Origin: Chiloscyllium plagiosum
Lineage: Eukaryota
Assembly (NCBI RefSeq): GCF_004010195.1
Contig: NC_057757.1
Span: 179,242 to 243,241, forward strand
Length of the DNA: 64,000 nucleotides
Reading direction: 5' to 3'
Position numbers and translations under genes: made by a program. How positions within the stretch are numbered: position 1 is the stretch's first letter; each line of letters begins with the position of its first letter. The notes beneath the pieces were generated by a model. It was not told where the DNA came from and did no database searches. It saw only the letters and a program-made list of their open reading frames with translations. Positions 50,140 to 61,944 of this stretch are shown piece by piece.

Positions 50140-51376
50140 AAGCGGATAGAGCAGGGTGAGGAATAGATGTTGCAGGTTCCAGGGCTTAGGTCTTCCATTA
50201 AAAACAGGCAAGGCGTTAAAAGAGAGGGAGGTGTGGCCTTGTTAGTCAAAGATAGTATAACAGTGGCTGAGAGAACTTTTGATGAGGACTCTACTGAGGT
50301 AGTGTGGGCTGAGGTTACAAACAGGAGAGGAGAGGAGAGGTCACACTGCTTGAAGTTTTTTATAGGTCTCTGCAGAGTTCCAGGGAGGTGGAAGAGAGGA
50401 TTAGCAAAATTATTCTGGGTAGGAGTGAAAGGAACAGGGTAGTCATTATGGAGGATTTTAACTTGCCCAACATTGACTGGAAATACTATAACTCTAGTAC
50501 GTCGGATGCATCAGTTTTTGTCCAATGTGTACAGGAAGGTTTCCTGACACAGTATGTCGAAGGGCCGACAAGTGGTTAAGGCCACACTAGATCTGGTACT
50601 TGGTAATGTGAGGTGATTCACTTTGGGAAGAATAACAGGAAGGCAGAGTACTGGGTCAATGGTAGTGTGGGTGTGCAGAGGGATCTTGCAGTCCACGTAC
50701 ATAGATCCCTGAAAGCTGCCACCCAGGTTGATAGTATTGTTAAGAGGTCATACGATGTGTTAGGTATCATAGGTCGAGGGATTGAGTTCCGGAGCCGCAA
50801 TGTCATGCTGCAATTATACAAAACACTGGTGCGGCCACACTTGGAATATTGTGTACGGTTCTGGTCGCCCCATTACAGGAAGGATGTGGAAGCATATGTG
50901 GAAGTATTGGAAAAGGTGCAGAGGAGATTTACCAGGATGTTGCCTGGTCTGGAGGGAAGCTCTTCTGAGGAAAGGCTGAGAGACTTGGGTCTGTTCTCAT
51001 TGGAAAGAAGAAGTCTCAGAGGAGATTTGATAGAGACATACAAGATGGTCAGAGGATTAGATAGAATAGACAGTGAAAGTCTTTTTCCTCGGATGATGAT
51101 GTCAGCTTTATGAAAGGGCATAACTAAAAATTGCGGGGTGATAGATTTAAGACAGATGTCAGAGACAGGTTCTTTACGCAGAGAGTGGTAAGGGTGAGGA
51201 ATGCAATACCTGCTAATGTAGTTAACTCAGCCACATTAGGGAGATTTAACCAATCCTTAGATAAGCACATGGATGATGATGGGATAGTGTCGGGAGACAA
51301 GCTGAGAATAGTTCACAGGTCAGTGCAACATCGAGGGCCGAAGGGCCTGTTCTGCGCTGTACTGTTCTATGTTCTA
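50140..51376 (+). mobile_element. Internally deleted CR1 LINE (endonuclease joined to post-RT region)
   Basis: GGVALLV...DFNLPNIDW...LDLVL is joined at ~50606 directly to CEVIHFG...LEYCVRFWSP, followed by a CR1 tail. Confidence 0.9.
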
Positions 51377-52342
51377 AGCTTTCAGTCCTTTACTGTTCAA
51401 ACACCTATCTGTCTTTGCCTTAAATACATTCAACGAGGGAATTCCACATACCGTCCTCCCTTGGCTCCTGGATCCGTATCCTCCATGTTGAACAACGTTT
51501 GGAGGAAGCGCTGAGGGTGGCAGGGTCACAGAATGTCCTCTGGGTGAGGTATTTCAGTGTCTCACCATCAGAGTAGCTCAGCAGTAGCATTACTGATGGA
51601 GCTAGGCGGGTGATAAAGGACAGAGCTGCTAGAATGGGTTTGCAGCAGGTGGTGAAGGAGTCAATAAGAAGGAGAACCAGACCTGACCTCCTCCTTCCCA
51701 ATCTGCCAGCTGCAGATACATCTGTCCATGACAGTATCGGTAAGAGTGACCACCGCACAGTCCTTGTGGAGACAAAGTCTCACCCCCACATTAAGAATCC
51801 CCTCCATCGTGTTGTGTGGCACTATCACCGTGCTCAATGGGACAGACTTCAAACAGATGGAGCAACTTCACACTGGGCATCCCTGAGGCACTGAGGGCCA
51901 TCAACAGCAGCAGAACTCTACTCCAGCATAATCTGTAACCTCATGGCCCGGCATATCCCTCACTCAGCCATTACCATCAAGCCACCTGGTTCAGTGGGGA
52001 GTGCTGGACAGCATGCCAGGAGCAGCACCATGAACAATGAGGTGAAGCTAAGGAACAAGGCTAGTTACGTGCTAAACCGCACAAGCAGCAAGTGATAGAC
52101 AGAGCTAAGCAATCCCACAATCAACAGGTCAGATTGAAACTCTGTAGTCCTTCCACATCCAGTCATGAATGGTGGTGGGACAACTAAACAACTCACTGGA
52201 GGAGGATGCTCCATAGATATCCCCATCCTCAATGATGGAGGAGCCCAGCACATCAGTGCGAAAGGTAAGGCTAAAGCATTCACAGCAATCTTCAGTCAGA
52301 ATTGCCGAGTGGATGATCCATCTCAGGTTCCACTAGTGATTA

Positions 52343-52445
52343 GGAGAAAGTGAGGACTGATGAAGGGCTTTTGCCCGAAACGTTGATGTTCCTGCTCCTC
52401 AGATGCTGCCTGACCTGCTGTGCTTTTCTAGCACCACACTCTCAT
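52343..52445 (+). mobile_element. Short Penelope-related element with intact hammerhead core
   Basis: CTGATGA-A-GGGC-tttt-GCCC-GAAAC-GTT at 52357-52384, nested in the LINE. Confidence 0.8.
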
Positions 52446-53104
52446 CTTCATCCAGTGATCCCCAGCATCACAGATACCAGTCTCCAGCGAATTCTATTCA
52501 CTCCACATGATATCAAGAAACAGCTGGAGGCACTGGATACTGCAAAGGCAATGGGCCCCGAGAACATTCCGGCAATAGGACTGAAGACGTGTGCTCCAGA
52601 TCCTGCCACTCCCCTAGCCAAGCTGTTCCAGTTACAACACCCGGCATCTACCCGACAATGTGGAAAATTGCTCAGGTATGTCCTGTACACAAACAGCAGG
52701 ACACATCCAACCCGGCCAATTCCCACCCAATCAGTCTACTCTCCATCATCAGTAAAGTGATGGAAGGGGCTACCAAGCAGCATCTGCTCAGCAATAACCT
52801 GATCAGTGACGCCCAGTTTGGGTTCCACCAGGGCCACTCAGCTCCTGACCTCATTACAGACTTGGGTCAAACATGAACAAAAGAGCGGAATTCCAGAGGG
52901 AAGGGGAGAGTGACAGCCCTTGACACCAAGACTGCATTTGACCGAGTGTGGCATCAAGGACCCTGGCAAAACTGGAATCAGTGGGTGAAAGTGAGCACTG
53001 GTCAAGCTGATTGGGCAGAGCTGCTAAACTGGCGCTGCAGCAGGTGGTGAGGGAAAAACATACCTGACCTCATCCTTACCAAACTGCCAGCTGCAGATGT
53101 GTCC

Positions 53105-53210
53105 AGGAACCGTGTTCCTGCTGAAGAGCTTATGCTCGAAACATTGATTCTCCTGCTCCTCGGATGCTGCCTGACCGGCTGCGCTTTTCCAGCACCACAC
53201 TCTTCGACTG
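53105..53210 (+). mobile_element. Short Penelope-related element with degenerate hammerhead
   Basis: CTGCTGA-A-GAGC-ttat-GCTC-GAAAC-ATT plus the shared arm. Confidence 0.75.
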
Positions 53211-54236
53211 GATTCAATGGGTCAGGGGGCAAACTCTCCACTGGTTGGAGTCATACCTGGCACTTGGGAAGGTGGTGGTGGTTGTTGGAGAATCAGTCAT
53301 ATCAGCTCCAGGCCATCTCTGCAGGAGTCCCTCAGGGGAGTGTCCTCGGCCCAACCATCTTCAGCTGCTTCATCAATGACCTTCCCTCTATCAGAAGGTC
53401 CGAAGTGGGGATACTCACCGATGATTGCACAGTGTTCAGCACCGTTCACCCCGCTCCCTCAGAGACTGAAGCAGTTTAAATGCAGCAAGATCTGGACAAT
53501 ATCCAGGCTTGGGCTGACAAGTGGCAAGTAACTTTGTACCACACAATGCCAGGCTATGACCATCACCAACAAAATCCCCTCCCTCCCCCACCGACGCTCA
53601 GTAGCAGCAGTGTGTACCATCTACAAGATGCATTACAGAAACTCACCAACGATCCTCAGGCAGCACCTTCCAAACCCACGGCCACGGGGTTTGGAGGGAC
53701 AAAGGGCAGCAGATACATGGGAACCCCACCCCCTGCAAGTTCCCCTCCGAGCCCCTCACCATCCTGACTTGGGAATATATCGCCGTTCCTTCAGTGTGGC
53801 TGGGTCACGATCCTAGACACTGTGAGTGTCCTGATACCAAGATCCATCATGGTTTAAGATTGCGGGTGACCGGCACCTGCTACAAAGCAGCCAGGGCCTG
53901 GCAATAAGTGCTGACCCAGCTTGTGACACCCACGTCCCATGAACCAGTAAAACTGACCTGAAAGACCAGCATTGTCCAGTTGCTGCAGTAATGCAGGCTT
54001 ACTGTGGGAGGGCAGGTCACTGTGGGACAGAACCAGACGCTGGCATCGACTTCAGACACAACACTGAGAGCCTGGTAAGACCACAAGTGGTGAATGTGGC
54101 ACAGTTCCGTTCTGCTTATAATGAACAAGGTGTAGCGACATTGGTGAAGACACAAGGAAAATAATACAGCACATCTTCAGAAATGGAAGTTAGCCCTGTC
54201 AGGAAAGATTGAACAGACTGCTTTGTCTTGACAAGA

Positions 54237-54400
54237 GGGGTGGCAGGGTGGCTCAGTGGATAGCACTGCTGTCTCACAGCATCAAGGGCCTGTGTTCGAT
54301 TTCAGCTTCAGCTGTCTGTCTGTGTGGAGTTTGTACATTTTCCCCATGTCTGTGTAGGTTTCCTCTGGGTGCTCTGGTTTCCTCCCACAGTCCAAAGATA
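54237..54400 (+). mobile_element. HE1-like SINE 5' half
   Basis: tRNA head plus V-domain. Confidence 0.85.
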
Positions 54401-56270
54401 TATAAGGACAGTTGAGGGGACATGAGATAGCTTTGGCAAATAGGGTTAAGGAGAATCCAAGGGTTTTTACAAATACAATAAGGACAAAAGGGTAACCAGG
54501 GAGAGAATAGGACCCCTTAAAGTTCACCAAGGCCATCTATGTATGGAACTGCAGGAGGTGGGTGAGATACTAAACAAGCATTTTGCTTGTTTACTGTGGA
54601 GAAGAATACAGACACTAGGGAACTTGGGGAAATGAATAACGACATCTTGAAAAGTGTCCTTATTATAGAAGGCAGAAATGCATGATGGTGGATAAATCCC
54701 CAGGACCTGATCAGGTGTGCCCTAGAGCTCTGTGGGAAGCTAGGGAAATGATTGCTGGGCCCCTTGCTGAGATATTTGTATCATCAATAGCTGCAGGGGG
54801 TCTGTTTCAAGACTGGAGGTTGGCTAATGTGGTGCCACTGTTTAAGAAGGGTGGTAGGGACAAGCCAGGGAACTATAGAGCAGTGAGCCTGATGTCGGTG
54901 GTGGGCAAGTTGTTGGAGGGAATCCTGAGGGACAGGATGTACATGTATTTGGATAATCAGCATGGCTTTGTGCGTGGGAAATCATGTCTCACAAACTTGA
55001 TTGAGTTTTTTGAAGAAATAGCAAAGAGGATTGAAGGCAGAGCAGTAGATGTGATCTATATGGACTTCAGTAAGGCGTTCGACAAGGTTCCCCATGGAAG
55101 ACTGGTTAGCAAGGTTAGATCTCATGGAATACAGGGAGAACTAGCCATTTGGATACAGAACTGGCTCAAAGGTAGAAGAGGGTGGTGGTGGAGGGTTGTT
55201 TTTCAGACTGGAGGCCTGTGACCAGTGGAGTGCCACAAGGATTGGTGCTGGGTCAATTGTTTTCTGTCATTTATGTAAATGATTTTGATGTGAACATAAG
55301 AGGTACAGTTAGTAAGTTTGTAGATGACACCAAAATTGGAGGTGTAATGAACCGCATTTTCCATGGCTAACCCACCTAAGCTGCACATCCCTGGATTCTA
55401 TAGGCAGTTTAGCATCGCCAAACCAACTAACCTGCATATAAAGTCATAGCGATGTACAACATGGAATCAGACCCTTCGGTCCAACTCTTCCATGCCAACC
55501 AGATAATCCTAAATTAATCTAGTCCCATTTGCTAGCACCCAAGAAAGTTACCTCAAATTACAACAGGATCTTGATCAGATGGGCCAATGGACCAAGGAGT
55601 GGCAGATGGAGTTTAATTGAGATAAATGGGAGGTGCTGCATTTTGGAAAGGCAAATCAGGGCAGGACGTATACACTTAATGGTAAGGTCCTAGGGAGTGT
55701 TGCTGAACAAAGTGACCTTGGAGTGCAGGTTCATAGCTCCTTGAAAGTGGAGTCGCAGGTAGATAGGATAGTGGAGAAGGCGTTTGGTATGCTTTCCTTT
55801 ATTGGTCAGAGTATTGAGTACAGGAGTTGGGAGGTCATGTTGCGGCTGTACAGGACATTGGTTAGGCCACTGTTGGAATATTGCGTGCAATTCTGGTCTC
55901 CTTCCTATCGGAAAGATGTTGTGAAACTTGAAAGGGTGAATAGTCAAGGTCTTTTTCCTCGGGTAAGGGAATCCAGAACTAGAGAACATAGGTTTAGGGT
56001 GAGAGGGGAAAGATTTAAAAGAGACCTAAGGGGCAACCTTTTCACACAGAGGGTGGTACGTGTATGGAATGAGCTACCAGAGGAAGTGGTGGAAGCTGGT
56101 ACAATTACAGCATTTAAAAGACATCTGGATGGGTATATGAATAAGAAGGATTTGGAGGGATATGGGTTGGGTGCTGGCAAATGGGACTAGATTAATTTAG
56201 GATTATCTGGTTGGCATGGAAGAGTTGGACCGAAAGGTCTGATTCCATGTTGTACACCTCTATGACTTTG
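54400..56270 (+). mobile_element. CR1 LINE fragment (RT to tail) with small nested insertions
   Basis: DKSPGPDQV, QHGFVRGKSC, MDFSKAFDKVPH, KFVDDTKIGG and LEYCVQFWSP. Confidence 0.95.
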
Positions 56271-56299
56271 AAATCATTCAGAGCCAGTGTACTGCCATG

Positions 56300-57245
56300 A
56301 AAGATTTACTGGGATGTTGCTGGGAACGGAGGGTTTGACATTTTGGACCTTTTTCACTGGAGCGTAGGAGTTGAGGGGTGACCTTACAGGGATTTGTAAA
56401 ATCATGAGGGGCATAGATAAGGTGAATAGCAAGTGTCTTTTCCCCAGGGTGGGGGATCACAGGACAAGGGAGCATATTTTTTAAGATGAGAGGAGAAAGA
56501 TTTAGAAAAGATATGGGGGACAATCTTTTAACAGAGAGAGTGGTTCATATGTGGAATGAACTTCCAGAGGAAGTGGTAGATGTGGGTCCAATTACCCCAC
56601 TTAGAGTCTTAGAGTCATAGAGATGTACAGCATGGAAACAGACCCTTCGATCCAACCCGTCCATGCCGACCAGATATCCCAACCCAATCTAGTCCCACCT
56701 GCCAGCACCCAGCCCATATCCCTCCAAACCCTTCCTATTCATACACTCATCTAAATGCCTCTTAAATGTTGCAATTGTACCAGCCTCCACCACATCCTCT
56801 GGCAGCTTATTCCTGTTCAGCCTCTCCCTGAAGCTCAAACCTTCCAACCCTGGCAACATCCTTGTAAATCTTTTCTGAACCCTTTCAAGTTTCACAGCAT
56901 CTTTCCGATGGGAAGGAGACCAGAATTGCATGCAATATTCCAACAGTGGCCTAACCAATGTCCTGTATAGCAGCAACATGACCTCCCAACTCCTGTACTC
57001 AATACTCTGACCAATAAAGGGAAGCATACCAAACGCCTCCTTCACTATCCTATCTAACTGCGACTCCACTTTCAAGGAGCTATGAACCTGCACTCCACTT
57101 AAATGACGTTTGGATAGGTACATGAATAGGAAAGGTTTGGAGGGATATGGGCCAGGAGTTCAGAGGAAGGCTTGGTTTAGTTCGGGATTATGGTGGGCAT
57201 GGACTAGTTGGACCGAAGGGTCTGTTTCTGTGCTGTGTGACTGTG
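56300..57245 (+). mobile_element. CR1 3' end containing a nested antisense CR1 (56604-57094)
   Basis: The nested copy is flanked by TSD CCACTTA at 56597-56603 and 57095-57101. Confidence 0.88.
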
Positions 57246-58369
57246 AAAAATAATCCAAACAGTGAATTCAATCTCAATCCCAAGGTGGGGTGGAATAAAA
57301 AGGGAAGAATATGGTCCTTTGTAGCCTCTGTCTGACTCGATCCATTCCGGTGTAACTGAGTTCAGTTCAGGATAAAGATACCAGCCTTGAACAGGGAGGA
57401 GGGCTTGTTTACCAGAATAATCCTGGGGTTGGAGAGTATTAACTTAGCAGCACAGATAGTACAAATCAGGTTTATATTCTCATGAGTGTAGAAGATTAAA
57501 GAATGATCAAAGAAAGAGATTTTGTATGATTGACATGAAGTTGAAACACTGTAGTTTATTCTGAAATTCGGAACTTACTCGGGTGGATTGGGAAAGTGCA
57601 ATTAATGATTTGACATTAGACGTACAATGGTGAGTATTTAAATAAAGAATATAAGGTCTCCAGCAGATATATATATTCATCTCAGGAACAATCATCTAGA
57701 GGGAAAGGTGAGTCAACAATGAAAGAAGTTAATGATTATGTTTAATCAAAGGAAGTGGCTCATTATATGGAGACCAAAAATAGCAATAAGCTTGAGGATT
57801 GGGAGCAATTTGGGATTCAGCGAAGGCAGACCACGAAACTGTAAATGAAACGGTAATTGCAAGCTAGCGAGGAATAGAGAGGCACTGTGTAAAATGAAAC
57901 TGTGAAGGAAGGAGATGAATGAGGATAAACTTAGGCCCATTACAGAAAGGGGACAAGATCATTCATTGTGAGGAAAAGGGAGACATTTGTTTCACATCTG
58001 GCTTGATGGAAGAAGGTACAGGAAATATCTCAGAAATACAAGAAGAGAAAGGGACTTGTCTAACTGAAGAGCCACAAGAAATGAGTATTTGTAAAGAAGT
58101 GGCACTTGGCAAAACAGTGGACGGAGAGTTGGTGTGTCAGGACCAGAGGAGCCACTTACAGAACAGCCACAGGAGAAACCATGAATGTGATGTATTGGAT
58201 TTTCTCTGAAAGGTTTTGCTAAGGATCTCATACAGCAGTTTAGAAAACAAAATGAGAGAGGGCATGTGTGAGAGAGTGCATGTGTGAGAGAGTGTTTATC
58301 AGGAGTTTACAAGTATGCATAAGGGTTAAAAATATGGATTGACAATTGGTTAAGGACCCTTTTTTAAAG

Positions 58370-60310
58370 AGGTTAAACAGACCATTTGGCCCAGCCTGTC
58401 CACACTCACCCTCTGGTGATCAATCCATCCATCCCTGAACTCTTACATTTCCCATGGGTAACCTGTACATCCCTGGGCACTATGGGACAATTTCTCTTGG
58501 CCAATCCACCCTAACCTGCACATCCCTGGGGACAAAGGGACAATTTCCCATGACCAATCCACCCTAACCTGTACATCCCTGGACATTATAGGACAATTTC
58601 CCATGGCCAATCCACCCTAACCTGCACATCCCTGGGGACAATTTCCCATGGCCAATCCACCCTAACCTGCACATCCCTGGGCACTATGGGACAATTTCCC
58701 ATGGCCAATCCACCCTAACCTGCACATCCCTGGGGACAATTTCCCAAGGCCAATCCACCCTAACCTGCACATCCCTGGGCACAATGGGACAATTTCCCAT
58801 GGTCAATCCACCCTCACCTGCACATCCCTGGGGACAAAGGGACAATTTCCCATGGCCAATCCACCCTCACCTGCACATCCCTGGGCACTATGGGACAATT
58901 TCCCATGGCTAATCCACCCTAACCTGCACATCCCTGGGCACAATGAGACAATTTGCCACGGCTAATCCACCCTAACCTGCACATCCCTGGGCACTATGGG
59001 ACAATTTCCCTTGGCCAATCCACCCTAACCTGCGCATTCCTGGGGACAAAGGGACAATTTCCCATGGCTAATCCACCCTAACTTGCACATCCCTGGGCAC
59101 TATGGGACAATTTCCAATGGCCCATCCACCCAAACCTACATATCCCTGGGGACACAGGGACAATTTCCCATGGCCAATCCACCCTAACCTGCACATCCCT
59201 GGGGACAATTTCCCATGGCCAATCCACCCTCACCTGCACATTCCTGGGCACCATGGGACAATTTCCCATGGCCAATCCACCCTAATCTGCCCATCCCTGG
59301 GCACAATGGGACAATTTCCCATGGCCAAGCCACCCTCACCTGCACATCCCTGGGCACTATGGGACAATTTCTCTTGGCCAATCCCCACCCTAACCTGCAT
59401 GTCCCTGGACACTATGGGACAATTTCCCATGGCCAATCCACCCTAACCTGCACATCCCTGGGGACAAAGGGACTATTTCCCATGGCCAATCCACCCTAAC
59501 CCGCACATCCCTGGGCACTATGGGACAATTTCCCATGGTCAATCCACCCTCACCTGCACATCCCTGGGGACAAAGGGACAATTTCCCATGGCCAATCCAC
59601 CCTAACCTGCACATCCCTGGACACTATGGGACAATTTCCCATGGCCAATCCACCCTAACCCGCACATCCCTGGGCACTAAGGGACAATTTCCCATGGCCA
59701 AGCCACCCTAATCTGCACATCCCTGGGCACTATGGGACAATTTGCCACGGCCAATCCACCCTAATCTGCACATCCCTGGGCACTATGGGACAATTTCCCA
59801 TGGCCAATCCACCCTAAACTGCACATCCCTGGGCACAATGAGACAATGTCCCATGGTCAAACCACCCTAACCTGCACATCCCTGGACACTATGGGACAAT
59901 TTCCCATGGCTAATCCACCCTAAACTGCACATCCCTGGGCTCAATGAGACAATTTCCCATGGCCAATCCACCATAACCTGCACATCCCTGGGCACTATGG
60001 GACAATTTCCCTTGGCTAATCCACCCTAATCTGCATATCCCTGGGCACTATGGGACAATTTCCCACGGCCAATCCATCTTAACCTGCACATCCCTGGACA
60101 CTATTGGACAATTTCCCATGGCTAATTCATCCTGACTGGCACATCTTTGGACTGTGGGAGGAAACCAGAGCATGCGGAGGACGCCCGCGCAGACACGGGG
60201 AGAATGTGCAAACTCCACACAGACAAGTTGCCTCAGGCTAGAATCAAACCTGCGTCCTTGGCGCTGTGAGCTAGCAGTGCTAACACCTGAGGCAACATGC
60301 CAAGGCCACA
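58370..60310 (-). mobile_element. HE1-like SINE with internal tandem expansion
   Basis: SINE head and V-domain at 60130-60310, tail at 58370-58440, with the array between them. Confidence 0.85.
58440..60130. repeat. 53 bp (and 44 bp variant) SINE-derived minisatellite
   Basis: CCAATCCACCCTAACCTGCACATCCCTGGGCACTATGGGACAATTTCCCATGG, about 30 copies. Confidence 0.95.
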
Positions 60311-60389
60311 TTAAAATCTTCACAGGGAAAGGTGAAACAAAGGGCTGAATACACAATGAAAACAAATTGACTCATAAATCGAATCTCCT

Positions 60390-61210
60390 ACTGTTGGAGT
60401 GAGCACTGTTGGAGAGTCAGTACTGAGGGAGCACCGCACTGTCAGTGGGTCAGTGCTGAGGGAGCACCGCACTGTCAGAGGTCCATGCTGAGGGAGTGGG
60501 CACTGTCGGAGGGTCAGTGCTGAGGGAGTGTGCACAGTCGAAGGGTCAGTGTTGTGGGAGTGCCGCACTTTCGGAGGGTCAGTGCTGAGGGAATGCCGCA
60601 CTGTCGGAGGGTCAGTGCTGAGGGAGTGCTGCACTGTCGGAGGGTCAGTGCTGAGGGAGTGATGTACTGTCGGTGGGTCAGTACTGAGGGAGCACCACAC
60701 TGTCACAGGGTCAGCGCAGAGGGTCAGTGCTGAGGGAGTGGGCACTGTCGGAGGGTCAGTGTTGAAGGAGTGCCGCATTGTCAGAGGGTTAGTGCTGAGG
60801 GAGTGCTGCACTATTGGAGTGTCACTGCTGAGGGATTGCCGCACTATCAGAGGATCAGTTCTGAGGGAGTGAGCACTGTTGGAGGGTTAGTGCTGTGGGA
60901 GTACCCCACTGTTGGAGGGTCTGTGCTGAGGGAGTGCTGCACTATCGGAGGGTCAGTTCTGAGGGAATGGGCACTGTTGGAGGGTTAGTGCTGTGGGAGC
61001 GCTGCACTGTTAGAGGATCAGTGCTGTGGGAGTGCCGCACTGTCGGGGGGTCAGTGCTGTGGGATTACTGCACTATCAGAGGGTCAGTGCTGAGGGAGTG
61101 GGCACTGTTGGAGGGTTAGTGCTGTGGGAGTACTGCACTATCGGAGGGTCAGTGCTGTGGGAGTGCCACAATGTCGGAGGGTCAGTACTGAGGGAGCACT
61201 GCACTGTCAC
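60390..61210. repeat. 33 bp minisatellite
   Basis: Purine-rich orientation. Confidence 0.95.
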
Positions 61211-61520
61211 ACAGTGGCTTGACTGTACTGTCAGGATACTTCAGTCTTCAGAGACCAAACCAAGGCCTGTTTGAACTATCTTATAAAAAATTCCCAGTTT
61301 ATCATGAATAACTGAATTCTATCTTTTATATCTCTCCGCAACATCTCTCAGGAAAGTAAATTAACAGGTCACTGTCATTTAGCTATTTGTGGGAGCTTGC
61401 TGTGCCGAAATTGACTGCTTTGTTCCTGACATCAGTAGGAGGCTGACACTTCTAAAATAGGTCTCTGGTTATGAAGCCCTCAGAGATCCTCGGAGGTGGG
61501 GAAATTTGCTGCAAGGTTTG
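61210..61520 (+). mobile_element. Deu-domain SINE (AmnSINE1/SacSINE1-like) remnant
   Basis: TTTGTGGGAGCTTGCTGTGCCGAAATTGACTGC...ACACTTCTAAAATA resembles the recalled DeuSINE central and 3' region. Confidence 0.55.
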
Positions 61521-61944
61521 GTCTCCTTCTTGAAGTGTTAGTTTTTCAGTGAGAACTCGCAGGTACATCCAGCACTATCCTGTCTCAGCACAATACACAG
61601 ACCTCCCTTGCCTTTTCACCCTGCTGAAAAACAGATCTGCAGTTTAATGCTTTATTGAAGTCTTGCAAATGGTCAAATGAGGAAGGAAGGCTGTATGTCA
61701 CAGTGAGTGGTACGACTCATGAGCAGCAGCAACGAGAAGCGAGATAGTCTCATGTTCTGCAGATTCCAGCCCAGCGTGCTGGGCAGCAGCTCAGTCAGGG
61801 CTCTGTCACCTCCAGCCAATAGGCTCATTCTGACACTCACAAAAAACCCTGGTCTCATTGGCAATGCACGTTCAGCGTGAGTCCTCAGTGCAGACACAGG
61901 CCTGTCCTGTGGGACATTGGCCTGCCATATGCCAAGTAGCAATG

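Larger units (their letters stand above)
51440..53950 (+). mobile_element. Long decayed LINE of the second CR1/L2-group family (endonuclease end, RT, tail)
   Basis: [56 protein letters not shown] and TDD (from ADD). Confidence 0.92.

Noticed and set aside
53975..54075. Possible plus-strand exon with donor CTG|gtaaga (considered as ACADVL start)
   Set aside because: No frame resembles ACADVL or a mitochondrial presequence.
58440..60130. Interstitial telomeric repeats (CCCTAA)
   Set aside because: There is only one CCCTAA per 53-bp SINE-derived unit, not tandem hexamers.
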